From Bdellovibrionales bacterium (GTDB taxonomy: Bacteria; Bdellovibrionota; Bdellovibrionia; Bdellovibrionales; Bdellovibrionaceae): a stretch of DNA of 64,000 nt. Positions 47,371 through 57,846 of this stretch are shown here, piece by piece. The stretch covers positions 96,001 through 160,000 of the forward strand of contig JANMPT010000110.1 of the NCBI GenBank assembly GCA_031370005.1, in the 5' to 3' direction. Made by a program: the position numbers and the translations under genes. The notes below the pieces were generated by a model. It was not told the DNA's origin and made no database searches. It saw only the letters and a list, made by a program, of their open reading frames with translations. Positions within the stretch are counted from its first letter, which is position 1. Each line of letters begins with the position of its first letter.

Positions 47371-49041
47371 CTATTGAATGCTTTTTGTAATACCACGGGC
47401 AACTTTGAAATTAAATGAAAATGCTGTTTTGCCAATTGCAGGTTTTAGCTGAGTGGCGCGAGCCGAAACGACACCGTCTATTGCTAAATTACTGAGTGCT
47501 TGCTGGAAGGCGGATAGTTCTTTGACATTGCTCACATAACCCTCGAGAGAGACCTCACTGTCGCGAATATGAAGACTTTTCATGTCAAGAGTGATGACAT
47601 TTTTTGAGGGTGCTGCATCGCTGATTTTTTTTAGAATCTCTATGGCTGAGTTCATAGAAGCTACGCTCGCAAGAGTCCTTAGATCAGCGGCACGCTTTTT
47701 ATTTTCACGAATATACTTTTTAAGATTGGCCTCGGTGGCCTTTTTGCCAGATAGTTTAGCAACATTTTTAGCTTGAGTTTTCAAAGCCTCCTCAGCGCGA
47801 TCAGCAAGCTCCATAGTGAATGTTTCGCGCAACATCGAGTAAGCAAAGAAGATTACAAGAGCGGCAGTGGCTACCTTGAGGGTTGGCGCCCATTTTTGCC
47901 AGAGATTTTTTGCATAATTATTTTGTTTTGCAAATTCACCTTTAAGGAAGTTTACCGCAGGATTGCGCGGTTTTTTAAGTCCTTCAATTGCGATTCCCAA
48001 AGCCATTCCAAAAGTAGAGTCCGTTTTGGTACTTCTTTCAAAAAGGATATTTGGGACTAAGTCTAATGGATAAATTTTATTTGCTGGAAGTTCTAATTGT
48101 TGAGTTAAGAATGGACCTAGGTTTTTAATACTGGAAGAGCCGCCTGTTAGGCCGATTTGAGAGATCACGGCATTGAACTCAATTTTAAATTCAAGAATTG
48201 ATAGTTGCAAATCGCGCACGAGCTCACGCACTGACTTTGCGATAGTTTCAGAGAAAGTGATTTGATCGAAAGTCGCCCCATGTTTATTTGTCAAAATAAA
48301 GGCTTTGTTCTGGACTTCTTTTAGAGCATCAAGGTATGGAATTTCATATTTTTTTGCTACTGCATCTGCGATGTTTTTTGCACCCCATAAGACAGTTCTA
48401 ACACCAACTAGTGAGTTGTTTTCAAAGGCGCAAACTAATGTTCGAGTATGTCCCATGTTCAGGGTCAAATGAATGCTGCGTTCGGGACGAATTGCGCCTT
48501 CAAGCAAACTGGTCTCAACGGCGGGGAATGCTGGTGGGAAATCATTCCATTTTTCAAAAATATTAGCGAAAGCAGTGCCCTCAGTGGAAATGATCGCCGG
48601 TTCAATATTGGCATCTGAGCATCTTTGCAACAAAGTACGGATATGATGCTTAGGAGCTGCGCAGGCGAGAACCTCTGCAGAGTTGCCTATGGTGCGAATA
48701 GTTTTGGCATCAAAAATGGAGTTCTCGCCAGAGAAAGGGATTTCTTCTTCAAGTTCGAAAGCTAAGCTTTTAGAAATTTTTAGTCGGTCGTTAAAAGGAA
48801 AAATTTTATTACGAATGCTGACCTGATCTTGGCGAAGGACAAGACAGTATCGGGTGGATGAAGGATCATACTTTGCAGAAATTTCTCTTAAGAACTCAAT
48901 AATTTCAATTTCTTGATCATGGGCCTGATTTAGTCCAAGCGGGCGTTCAAAGCACTGAGTGACTTGAAAACCTTTACTTGTAGTTAGCATTTCTACAACT
49001 TTAATGCTGCTACTGCCAATGTCGATTCCAATAGATCTCAT
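47371..49041 (-). CDS. gspL: Type II secretion GspL (PilM-like actin-fold domain, TM, PilN-like domain)
   Basis: IGIDIGSSSIKVVE, LTGGSS, VNFLKGEF, TM, periplasmic domain; ATG 49041. Confidence 0.8.
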   Translation of the reverse strand: MRSIGIDIGSSSIKVVEMLTTSKGFQVTQCFERPLGLNQAHDQEIEIIEFLREISAKYDPSSTRYCLVLRQDQVSIRNKIFPFNDRLKISKSLAFELEEEIPFSGENSIFDAKTIRTIGNSAEVLACAAPKHHIRTLLQRCSDANIEPAIISTEGTAFANIFEKWNDFPPAFPAVETSLLEGAIRPERSIHLTLNMGHTRTLVCAFENNSLVGVRTVLWGAKNIADAVAKKYEIPYLDALKEVQNKAFILTNKHGATFDQITFSETIAKSVRELVRDLQLSILEFKIEFNAVISQIGLTGGSSSIKNLGPFLTQQLELPANKIYPLDLVPNILFERSTKTDSTFGMALGIAIEGLKKPRNPAVNFLKGEFAKQNNYAKNLWQKWAPTLKVATAALVIFFAYSMLRETFTMELADRAEEALKTQAKNVAKLSGKKATEANLKKYIRENKKRAADLRTLASVASMNSAIEILKKISDAAPSKNVITLDMKSLHIRDSEVSLEGYVSNVKELSAFQQALSNLAIDGVVSARATQLKPAIGKTAFSFNFKVARGITKSIQ

Positions 49042-49060
49042 GTATGCCCTTTTTAAACGT

Positions 49061-50257
49061 TTATCGCTCGCTCCAGTATACAATCCTAGGTGGGCCTTTG
49101 GGAAGCGCAGGGGTCTGACTTTGGGCTTGGTTTTGTGCAGGTTTCCCGCCGGAGGCATCTTTCTTCTCTTTATCGACGTAAGCCCTCACTGTGCTTGCGA
49201 CACCTTGTAGGTCCATGACGATTACGGTGATCTCACGGGAGACACCCGCGTATTCGCCAGTACTTTTGATTCTGAAATTCATAACCTTATCGAAAATCAA
49301 GGGGGTTTCTTCAGTTTTTTCACCTAAGCGGACGCCTTTTCCAGTGATAAAGCTCCAGAATTCTTCTTTATTTTTAAAAGGACCACCTTCACTTGGAGTG
49401 TCGCGGTGTTTGATGATGGCATCGGCAATTTCATCGGTAATCTCAGAACCCAGGGACTTGAGGACTTCCTTGCTGGCTTGATTGGGGTTGATGGCCTTCA
49501 TCCCATAGATTGTGATACTTGGCTCAAGCAATTCATAAAAATCTTCACTCATCCCTGGCACTAAACGTAATTCTTGAATGGTGCGAAACCCGCGATTGGG
49601 TGGATAGTTTTCGGGATACTCGTTATAGCCTTGGCGTTTGTCACCACCGTTAACGCCGGTTTTAACATTTGATTGCCAGTCGGTGATTGCATTTACAAGC
49701 TCTTCAAAACGATAGTTGCCGTATTTGCGCTGAAATTCCTCATCACTTTTGAGCTTGCCTTGGAAAATTTCAAGTAAGCGGCGGCGAGTGGATTCTTGCA
49801 AAGCTTTTGACGGCGAAACCAAATCACCGATATCTAGCTTGGATCCCTCATCTTCAATAGTGACTACGTAGGAAGCATCCATAATTGATTCTTTCAAACT
49901 ACTTTTGATACTGTCTTTGTCAACAGCACTAAGGCCGTCGGGAATGGGGACAGGCCAGGCAAAGGGGAATTTCCAGATCTGATCAAGCATTTCAGATTGA
50001 CCGCCCAGCTGTTTGCCAAATTGTGAGCTGGCTTGTTGAAAGGTTTTAATCCGTAAAAGGCTTAACTCAACGCCAGAGCGAGCAGCATAGTAGGCTTTCA
50101 GACGGTTTAGGGAATTGACGTTGACATTATACTCAACCAAGGAATCGTAAGAGACCTCCATGGCGATATAAGAAATCAATAGCACACAAGTAATGGCCAA
50201 GATGAGCGCCATTCCCTTTTGGTTATTGAGTAGTTTGAGTCCCACCGGTGTTCGCAT
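49061..50257 (-). CDS. gspK: Minor pseudopilin GspK
   Basis: QKG|MALILAI without E5, AYYAARSG, IEDEGSK, ELRLVPG, INPNQAS; start uncertain. Confidence 0.88.
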   Translation of the reverse strand: MRTPVGLKLLNNQKGMALILAITCVLLISYIAMEVSYDSLVEYNVNVNSLNRLKAYYAARSGVELSLLRIKTFQQASSQFGKQLGGQSEMLDQIWKFPFAWPVPIPDGLSAVDKDSIKSSLKESIMDASYVVTIEDEGSKLDIGDLVSPSKALQESTRRRLLEIFQGKLKSDEEFQRKYGNYRFEELVNAITDWQSNVKTGVNGGDKRQGYNEYPENYPPNRGFRTIQELRLVPGMSEDFYELLEPSITIYGMKAINPNQASKEVLKSLGSEITDEIADAIIKHRDTPSEGGPFKNKEEFWSFITGKGVRLGEKTEETPLIFDKVMNFRIKSTGEYAGVSREITVIVMDLQGVASTVRAYVDKEKKDASGGKPAQNQAQSQTPALPKGPPRIVYWSER

Positions 50258-51047
50258 TATTACTTGCCTCATCGTTATTCGGAAATCTAATTTGTGCGAC
50301 AATTTGCATAGAATACTTTTTCTTTTTTACCCCAGCGCCATGCTCAATGGTTAGAGAGATTTCAACAGCTGTGGGAAATTTTCCCTTAGTGGCTGCATCT
50401 CCGCCATTGTCCGTGCGCCAGACAGTGACCCAATCATCTTTACCTTTTCCAATATAGCGAAGTTTGAACTCTGTGATGTTTTCTAACAAAACAACTTCAT
50501 CGCCACCTTTTGTGACATCATCGTCCACCCAACTAGTGGTTCGGCGCCAAAGACATTGTGAACTTCCCTGTTCCGCACTGAGGCTTTTACATGACTTCAA
50601 AGAATACCCCACTTCCATAAAATCCGCCTGCCGCATATTGCGAATCATGCGAGCGTTATTCATGGTGACGAAATCCACGGTGTTTTCAGTTCCCACAAAA
50701 TGAGTCGTAGGGTCAGAGCGTTTGGCCTCATCTGGATTTTGTTGAGGTACGGGGGTTGGAACCGGAAGTGGAGCTCCTGGAACTGGCGCTATAGGCTTGT
50801 TAGTTAAATCGGTGATTTCTTTTTCCACGTCTCGATAGTGATAAGCTTGATTGATATCGGCCTCTAATAAACGCAAGGCATCGCGCATCCTGGATACGTC
50901 ATCAATTTGTTCTTGGATTTTCCCTTTTTGTTTAATTGCCTGTTGAATGCTTTGGGTCGCCAGCAAAGTAAGAGCGCTAAGGATAGCAACTGTGATCATC
51001 ATTTCAATCAACGTAAAACCATCTTGAGATTTAAAACGGAGTCGCAT
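50223..51047 (-). CDS. gspJ: Minor pseudopilin GspJ
   Basis: G|FTLIEMMI prepilin motif; position; W...W and P.AVEI. Confidence 0.85.
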   Translation of the reverse strand: MRLRFKSQDGFTLIEMMITVAILSALTLLATQSIQQAIKQKGKIQEQIDDVSRMRDALRLLEADINQAYHYRDVEKEITDLTNKPIAPVPGAPLPVPTPVPQQNPDEAKRSDPTTHFVGTENTVDFVTMNNARMIRNMRQADFMEVGYSLKSCKSLSAEQGSSQCLWRRTTSWVDDDVTKGGDEVVLLENITEFKLRYIGKGKDDWVTVWRTDNGGDAATKGKFPTAVEISLTIEHGAGVKKKKYSMQIVAQIRFPNNDEASNNANTGGTQTTQ

Positions 51048-51571
51048 TATTGACCTCCGCCAGGCGCTGGGGCTGCGGCGCCACCGACCGAAAGAGGCTT
51101 ATCGTAATCAGCAAAGTAAGTGACCACAGAATATTCGAGGGGTTTTTTCCCACCGGTATAGATAACAGAAACTTTTACTTCTTTGATAGTTTTTGCAAGA
51201 TGATCAGTGAGTTGCTGGATCATCATCATTAGCATTTCATTGGCACCGCCCTCTTGACTCATCAAGATGGAGGACAGATTCGGTACTTGAAATTCTTTTG
51301 AAGTCATTTTCCAACGATATTTCGGATTTTCGGAGCCGAAGTCGTCTTCTTTTTCCTCTGGGATGGTCTCAAGGGGTTTGCCGCGGTATTCGAGATCGAT
51401 TTCGGCCATTTTCCGTTCTAACAAAGCAGAGACATCTTGATTAAGTTGTGTTTTGCGGATGCGTAAATAGCTGCCACTCCAGGATTGCGTTAAGAGCAAA
51501 ATACCCATGGAGAGAATCACTACTGCCAGCAGTGTTTCTAACAATGTGAAGCCTTTTTTGTTTTTGATCAC
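51047..51571 (-). CDS. gspI: Minor pseudopilin GspI
   Basis: KG|FTLLETLLA motif; position in the cluster. Confidence 0.82.
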   Translation of the reverse strand: MIKNKKGFTLLETLLAVVILSMGILLLTQSWSGSYLRIRKTQLNQDVSALLERKMAEIDLEYRGKPLETIPEEKEDDFGSENPKYRWKMTSKEFQVPNLSSILMSQEGGANEMLMMMIQQLTDHLAKTIKEVKVSVIYTGGKKPLEYSVVTYFADYDKPLSVGGAAAPAPGGGQ

Positions 51572-52161
51572 CGACTTAATTCCTTTAAGCTCACGGCTTT
51601 TTCAACAATATCAGCTTGACCTGTTAGGGGATTAAAGACAAGCGTCCAGGTGTTTTTCTTGTCGCTAAGTTGGATTGCAGAGGCTTCCATCAATCCCTCT
51701 GGAAAGAAGTGAATATAAGCCAGTCCATTTGTGACTGGTTGAGACATATTGATGGTTTCAACTTGAACAAAATGCAGATTTGGCGACAGAATTTTTTCTT
51801 TTTTCGATAATCTTTTATCTATTTGAAAAAGTGGAGGGGGAGCGCCCTCTTCAGGCTTTTTATCTTTGTTTTTGCCTTCGATTTCTTCTTTTAATTTTTC
51901 TTTGTCGATAAGAGCTGGACCATTGGATCTTTCAACCCAATAGGATTCCTGACCTGTTTCGATGTGAATTACGAGGCGGTAGGTGGAATTAAAAAGCTTG
52001 GCGTGGTTGCGGATTTCTTTAACTAGAACCGTTAGTTGACGGGCAGCGGTTTTTATATTGGCGTCTTTTTTGAGTAGACGAGGGGCGCCAACTGCAATGA
52101 GACCAGCGATGATGGCGATCACAATCATGACTTCAATGAGAGTGAAGCCCTTTTTGCTCAT
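51568..52161 (-). CDS. gspH: Minor pseudopilin GspH
   Basis: MSKKG|FTLIEVMIV; HFFPEG; NPLTG; ATG 52161 with GGGAG SD. Confidence 0.82.
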   Translation of the reverse strand: MSKKGFTLIEVMIVIAIIAGLIAVGAPRLLKKDANIKTAARQLTVLVKEIRNHAKLFNSTYRLVIHIETGQESYWVERSNGPALIDKEKLKEEIEGKNKDKKPEEGAPPPLFQIDKRLSKKEKILSPNLHFVQVETINMSQPVTNGLAYIHFFPEGLMEASAIQLSDKKNTWTLVFNPLTGQADIVEKAVSLKELSR

Positions 52162-52177
52162 GAGACTCCCTGGAGTT

Positions 52178-52591
52178 CTATTGTTCGTACTGAATATCGG
52201 CACCGTAACCGGAGCCACCTTCACGACCATCTTTTCCGAGAGATTTTAGAGAATACTCTGAGCCATTGAGTTCGTAGACGAAAGGATTGCCCCAAGGATC
52301 TACTGGGTCTTTTTTTAAGTAAGCTTCAGGTCCCCAACTCGGACAGTTGGAATCTGGCTTTACTAAGTTGTCAAGAGTCTGGGGAAACTTACCGCAATCG
52401 TTGTAGTACATACTCAGGGCATTGGCTATTTGACCCATGTGAATTTTTGCTTGTCCAACATTGGCTTTGTCCTTTTGACCCAAAAATTTCGGGGCTAAAA
52501 GAGCCATAAGTCCAGCAAGAATTGCGATGACAATCATAATCTCAATGAGTGTCATACCTTTTTGATTGCCAATTAAACTGTTCAGTTTCAT
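52178..52591 (-). CDS. gspG: Major pseudopilin GspG
   Basis: G|MTLIEIMIV, WGP..Y, DPWGNPFVY, SLGKDGREGG.G..AD. Confidence 0.93.
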   Translation of the reverse strand: MKLNSLIGNQKGMTLIEIMIVIAILAGLMALLAPKFLGQKDKANVGQAKIHMGQIANALSMYYNDCGKFPQTLDNLVKPDSNCPSWGPEAYLKKDPVDPWGNPFVYELNGSEYSLKSLGKDGREGGSGYGADIQYEQ

Positions 52592-52624
52592 GGAATTTGC
52601 CTCCGCATCGGTAGAGAGACTACT

Positions 52625-53845
52625 TTAGCCAAAGGCGCTTGTCATGTCAAACATCGGTAGCATGACTGAGAAGACGATTACTGCAATGACAAGCCCCATA
52701 ATGACGATCACTACAGGACCTAGGAGGCCTGTCAAGCTGTCCACTTTGTTTTTAACTTGGAAATCATAGGCGTCAGAAACCTGACTCAACATGTTTTCAA
52801 GTTCACCAGTTTTTTCACCAATGCTGATCATATGAATCACAATCGGAGGGAATTGCCCTGATTTTTTAAGCGGACCAGCAATCGACTCTCCTTCGCTGAT
52901 ATTGCTTCGAGCCTCATCAATAGCTATAGCTAGAACGTGATTGCTTACGACATTGCGAACGATGTCTAAGGCTTGAAGCATGGGAACGCCACCTGTTAAG
53001 AGGGTTGCTAGTGTTCGGGTAAAACGTGTAACAGCAACCATTCTTACAACTGGGCCTGCAATTGGAAGAATCAAAGTAATTGCATCCCATTGCTCAGAGC
53101 CAGTCGGGGACTTCTTCCAACTGTTAAATGCCAAATAAGCTATAAACAAAGCACCAAAAACCAGATACCACCAGTTCACCATAAATGTACTGAAATTTAC
53201 TAAGGCGATAGTGTACCATGGCAGGGTCAGGCCTGGAGCAGACTCAAATACAGTTACCATTTTTGGAATAACGAAAATAAACATAAGTGACAAGAGACCA
53301 AAGGTCACCACCAACATAATAATTGGGTAAGTCATGGCACTGCTGACCTTAGAGCGAAGCTCAGCGGCAGCCTCTGTGAACTCAGCAAGACGAACAAGGA
53401 TGACATCCAAGCTGCCAGACATCTCTCCAGCTTCAACCATAGAAATATAAATTGTATCAAATAGATTTGGATACTTTGAAAGTGCTTTAAAAAAAGGGCT
53501 TCCCTCGTTCACCATGTTTTTACAATCGGCAATGGCCTCTGCAAGCACGGGATTTTCCACTTGTTCAGAAACGGCAGTTAAGCAGTCAACAAGCGGGATA
53601 TTTGCTTTCACAAGCACTGCCAGCTGGCGAGTCATCAAAGAGAGCTCCTGAACACTAGCCCTTCCGCCACCACCGCCGGCGCGTTTTTTTTTCGCATTGG
53701 AGCTTTTCTTTTTGTCACGAATTTCGACAACGAAAATATTGTCTTTTTTAAGGCGAGTACGGGCCGCGCGCAGATTCTCTGCATCGAGAGTCCCTTTGAT
53801 ATTTTTTCCACTTTTGGAAAGACCCTTATACTCGAAAATAGGCAC
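52625..53845 (-). CDS. gspF: Type II secretion inner membrane platform protein F
   Basis: TRQLAVL, AGEMSGSL, AMTYP, GEKTGELE; three TMs. Confidence 0.93.
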   Translation of the reverse strand: MPIFEYKGLSKSGKNIKGTLDAENLRAARTRLKKDNIFVVEIRDKKKSSNAKKKRAGGGGGRASVQELSLMTRQLAVLVKANIPLVDCLTAVSEQVENPVLAEAIADCKNMVNEGSPFFKALSKYPNLFDTIYISMVEAGEMSGSLDVILVRLAEFTEAAAELRSKVSSAMTYPIIMLVVTFGLLSLMFIFVIPKMVTVFESAPGLTLPWYTIALVNFSTFMVNWWYLVFGALFIAYLAFNSWKKSPTGSEQWDAITLILPIAGPVVRMVAVTRFTRTLATLLTGGVPMLQALDIVRNVVSNHVLAIAIDEARSNISEGESIAGPLKKSGQFPPIVIHMISIGEKTGELENMLSQVSDAYDFQVKNKVDSLTGLLGPVVIVIMGLVIAVIVFSVMLPMFDMTSAFG

Positions 53846-53870
53846 TCAAAAATCCTCTAAGTAAATATGT

Positions 53871-55565
53871 TTAGATATCCAGCTGAGTATTTGCATTCAG
53901 CTCGTCAATGGATGTAATTCCGGCGAGTACTTTTGTGATCCCATGATCACGGAAGCTTTTCATCCCATTGGCTGTGGCTTGTTTTTTAATGGTATTACCA
54001 TCCTTACGTTGCAAAACCAAAGAACGAATATCATCATTCACTATCAAAAGTTCTTGAATTACACTCCGGCCCAAATAACCTTTTTGGTTGCAGTGATTGC
54101 AACCAACAGGTTTGCAGACATTTCCTGACAAGACGAGTTTGCGAGTGACTCCTAAGGCGTTGATTTCAAAATCAGAAGGCTCGTAGGGTACCTTGCAGTG
54201 AGGACAGAGAACGCGCACAAGACGCTGAGCAATCACGCCCAAGATTGAAGTTGCAATTAAGAATGGCTCCACTCCGATATCAAAAAGTCGGGGAAAGGCC
54301 CCCGCAGCATCGTTCGTATGTAGGGTGGATAAAACCAAGTGACCAGTCATTGAAGAGGTGACTGCGAGCTCAGCGGTTTCTAAGTCGCGAATTTCTCCTA
54401 CCATGATAATGTCAGGGTCTTGACGGAGGAAGGATCGGAGGCCTGACGAAAAAGTTAACCCAATTTTTGCATTCACCTGCACTTGACCAATTCCGTGAAT
54501 ACGTTGCTCCACTGGATCTTCCACGGTCAGGATATTTACATCGGACTGATTAAGTTTAGTCAGACAGCCATACAGGGTGGTGGACTTGCCTGAGCCCGTG
54601 GGCCCAGTGACGAGGAGGATTCCATAGGTGCGCAGAAGAAGGTCATTATCTAATTTATCAAGAGTTTCAGGAGAAAATCCCAGTTGAGTCAGCTCAAGAA
54701 CCACGTTGGATCTATCTTGAAGACGCATGACCAAACGTTCGCCGAAGGCTGTGGGCACCGTCGAGAGACGAATATCAATGTCTTTTCCGCCCACTTTAAG
54801 CGGAATACGACCATCTTGGGGCAGCCGCTTCTCAGCGATATTTAAATTTGCCATAACCTTAATGCGAGAGGTGATGGCGTTTTGCAGTTTCTTAGGCGGT
54901 CTGTAAATATCAAATAAAATACCATCAATACGCAGACGTACAACAATGTCTTTTTCATAGGGTTCAACGTGGATATCAGACGCCTTTTCTTTCACCGCAC
55001 GGAACAAAAGACTATTCACCAGCTTGATCACCGGGGCATCATCCTCGCCAGCCTCTAGAAGATCGATGGTGGATTCCTCGAGGTCATAGTCTTCAGCATC
55101 GATATCATCCATGCCAGAAAGATTGGCCGTGCTTTTTTCGTAGACGCGATTGATGGCATCTTGAATTTTAGCAGTGGTGGTTACAAGCGGCTTTACTTTT
55201 TTTCCGAATAGCACACGCAAGTCATCCATTGCCTTTAAGTTCAAAGGATTGCTAGTGAGGGCAGTGACGGCTTCGAGCTCATCTTTGTAGGGGAGGATTG
55301 AGTTTGTTTTTGCGTAGTTGATAGGAATATCTCGAACCAAGTCCGCAGAGATATCGTTTACAGGGATATCTTTGATAAAATCAAGGCCCATCTCTTTGCA
55401 AAGATCACCCAAAAGTTCATCCGCTGTGGTGTATTCTCTATGGGAAAGTGCTTCACCAATTGTTACTGGACGAAGAGTAGACGGGTTTTTAAAGATCGAT
55501 TTGATCTGATCACTCGTCAGTGAAGTGCTTTTTTGTAGAATATTCGAAATATCCATTGAAGCCAT
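53871..55565 (-). CDS. gspE: Type II secretion ATPase E
   Basis: ASDIHVEP, EKRLPQDGR, GPTGSGKSTT, LRQDPDIIMVGEIRD, TGHLVLSTLHTN, tetra-Cys motif. Confidence 0.95.
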   Translation of the reverse strand: MASMDISNILQKSTSLTSDQIKSIFKNPSTLRPVTIGEALSHREYTTADELLGDLCKEMGLDFIKDIPVNDISADLVRDIPINYAKTNSILPYKDELEAVTALTSNPLNLKAMDDLRVLFGKKVKPLVTTTAKIQDAINRVYEKSTANLSGMDDIDAEDYDLEESTIDLLEAGEDDAPVIKLVNSLLFRAVKEKASDIHVEPYEKDIVVRLRIDGILFDIYRPPKKLQNAITSRIKVMANLNIAEKRLPQDGRIPLKVGGKDIDIRLSTVPTAFGERLVMRLQDRSNVVLELTQLGFSPETLDKLDNDLLLRTYGILLVTGPTGSGKSTTLYGCLTKLNQSDVNILTVEDPVEQRIHGIGQVQVNAKIGLTFSSGLRSFLRQDPDIIMVGEIRDLETAELAVTSSMTGHLVLSTLHTNDAAGAFPRLFDIGVEPFLIATSILGVIAQRLVRVLCPHCKVPYEPSDFEINALGVTRKLVLSGNVCKPVGCNHCNQKGYLGRSVIQELLIVNDDIRSLVLQRKDGNTIKKQATANGMKSFRDHGITKVLAGITSIDELNANTQLDI

Positions 55566-55579
55566 CGATTGTTTTGCTC

Positions 55580-57817
55580 CTATTCGCCGCCGTTATCGTC
55601 TACTAACTTAGAGGTTTTTTTACCAATGCGATCAACAGTTTCTCCGAAGGGGTCCTTGCCGCCCAGTGATTTAATATACTTCAAACGATCATCCAATTTT
55701 CGATTTACAATTGCTTTTTGGTCGCCAGGGTTGCGGATGATTTTTGGAGTTAAAAAAACCAACAGATTCACTTTCTCTTTAGAAACTTCGCGGCCCTTAA
55801 ACAACCAGCCAATGATTGGCAAGTCCCCTAGGAGCGGAACCTTCGAGACCTTCTCGGACTCTTTATCTTTCATTAAGCCGCCTAGAACCGCCGTGTCTTC
55901 ATTTTTGATAACCAAAGTGGTTTTGATATTGCGCTTTGCGAGTGGTTGAGAGTTGTCTTGCAAAGCCTTTGGCAAAGTTACCTGAGTCGGTTGAGATATT
56001 TTTTGATCGATTTCCATGCGAATAGTTTCAGAAGCTGGGCTGATAAAGGGTTTTATTGTCAGCTTTATAGTCGCTTCTTGGAAATTAGCGGAGCTGGTGA
56101 TTTGACCGGCGGCATTGGTTGTTTGAGTCACGCTGATGGGAACGCTATCACCGACTTCGATTTCAGCTGTTTGGTTATCTAAAGCTAAAATTTGAGGAGT
56201 TGAAAGAATATTGGCTTTGGTATTTGATTTAATGAAGTTAATGAAGCCGATCAGATTTGGAATCGAGATTTGACTTTTTGAAACAGGGTCCGTTACGGTC
56301 ACGGATTTTCCGTCACCAAAACCCAAAGTTGCACCTGTCCCACCTAAAGGACTTAAGATACTAGCGAGGTCAAAACCACTGCTTACGAAGCCGGCTTTTC
56401 CGTATCCGGAATCAGAGTATTTGTAATAGCCCACACCCCAGTTGTTCGCATCCGTATTAGACATTTCCATAATGATGCTTTCAACAAAAACCTGATCGCG
56501 GGCGATATCAAGCTTACTGAGTATGTTTAAAACCATTTCATAGTCTTGTTTACTTGCTGTAATTACAAGGGCATTGGTGCTTTCATCAGCCGTAATTTTA
56601 ACATCTCCGCCGAAGATTTCGGCGGCTTGGTTCGCCACAGGGTTTCCGCCCATGGGGTTTAGCAGGCTTCCGCCCACCGGCCTAGGCGCGGCATCTTTTG
56701 TCACACCTTGCAGAGTCTGGGCGATTGTTTTTGCGACACCATTTTTTACGTAGTAAACGTAAACGCCGCCAGCGTCTCCTGCGCGAATGCGGAAATCAAG
56801 TTGAGCAATGAGTTTTTTAAGACGTATGATGCCAGTTTTATTTCCCATTGCAATAATAGAGTTTGTACGATCTTCAGGAATGGCCATAAAAAAACTAGTG
56901 CCTTGCTGAGCACTGGTACTTGTAGTTCTAGAGAACCTTGGAACTCCAGCGGAAAAAGAGCCCGGTACAGTTCCCGCGCCTTTTGCCCCTTTATTAACGA
57001 TTTTATCCACGAGATCAGCGAGGTCTTTGGCTTTAGCATACTTGATTTGAATGACTTCAATTTGGTCTTCAAAGCCAGGAACATCCAATTGGTTGATGAT
57101 TTTCATCACACGATCAATGTTGGAACCATAGTCTGATAAGATCAAAGAATTTGTTGCCGTATAGACAGACATTTCGCCATCTTTAGAAGAAAGAATACGA
57201 AGATCTCTATTCACTTGGTCTGCTTGAATATGTTTTAAGTGGATTATGCGAGTGATCATTTGGTCAGAATTTGGATAGTAGGCCCCAGAATAAGTTTCAA
57301 TACTATCGCGCTGAGCGTTTCTTGCTGATTTAATTTTTAAGAAGCTGCCGCTTGGGACAACGGTGAAGCCATTGATTGCTAATGCTGACAAGAATGCTTT
57401 ATAGGCTTCTGCTACGGTGATTTTACTTGGTGCCAAGATAGTGATTTTACCGCGAACTCCTGGATCGATAATGAAATTCTTACCCGTGAGCTCTGAGATG
57501 GCTTTAATCACATCGGTGATTTCGACATTGGGGAAGTCGAAGGACTCGATGGTCTCTGGGAAATTTTCATTGGTGATGTCTTCAAGACCCGCTTTTGCAA
57601 ATTTGCTCTGTTGGGGCTTGGTGAGAGCTCCCGGCTTTCCAACATTGAAGCTATTCTCTGGCCTAGAGGGGAACGACGGAGGGGAAGGCGAAAAGCCCCC
57701 GGCAGAAGGCATAGGTGGCGGTGGTGGAAAGCCTTGTGCTAGGCCAACTTGGGTTATAAAGAGAGACGCCACTCCGAGCACCATCCTCTGTTTCTTTGTT
57801 AGCATCATTTCATCCAC
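55580..57817 (-). CDS. gspD: Type II secretion secretin D
   Basis: N0 NFIIDPGVRGKIT, N-domain repeats, QVFVE, ILSTP, KVPLLGDLPIIGWLF. Confidence 0.95.
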   Translation of the reverse strand: MDEMMLTKKQRMVLGVASLFITQVGLAQGFPPPPPMPSAGGFSPSPPSFPSRPENSFNVGKPGALTKPQQSKFAKAGLEDITNENFPETIESFDFPNVEITDVIKAISELTGKNFIIDPGVRGKITILAPSKITVAEAYKAFLSALAINGFTVVPSGSFLKIKSARNAQRDSIETYSGAYYPNSDQMITRIIHLKHIQADQVNRDLRILSSKDGEMSVYTATNSLILSDYGSNIDRVMKIINQLDVPGFEDQIEVIQIKYAKAKDLADLVDKIVNKGAKGAGTVPGSFSAGVPRFSRTTSTSAQQGTSFFMAIPEDRTNSIIAMGNKTGIIRLKKLIAQLDFRIRAGDAGGVYVYYVKNGVAKTIAQTLQGVTKDAAPRPVGGSLLNPMGGNPVANQAAEIFGGDVKITADESTNALVITASKQDYEMVLNILSKLDIARDQVFVESIIMEMSNTDANNWGVGYYKYSDSGYGKAGFVSSGFDLASILSPLGGTGATLGFGDGKSVTVTDPVSKSQISIPNLIGFINFIKSNTKANILSTPQILALDNQTAEIEVGDSVPISVTQTTNAAGQITSSANFQEATIKLTIKPFISPASETIRMEIDQKISQPTQVTLPKALQDNSQPLAKRNIKTTLVIKNEDTAVLGGLMKDKESEKVSKVPLLGDLPIIGWLFKGREVSKEKVNLLVFLTPKIIRNPGDQKAIVNRKLDDRLKYIKSLGGKDPFGETVDRIGKKTSKLVDDNGGE

Positions 57818-57846
57818 CTTCCTTTGCGGACTAAAATCTTAAAAAA

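Noticed and set aside
55569..57842. Plus-strand ORFs antisense to gspD and similar short shadow ORFs elsewhere
   Set aside because: They overlap well-supported genes on the opposite strand and have no recognisable motifs.
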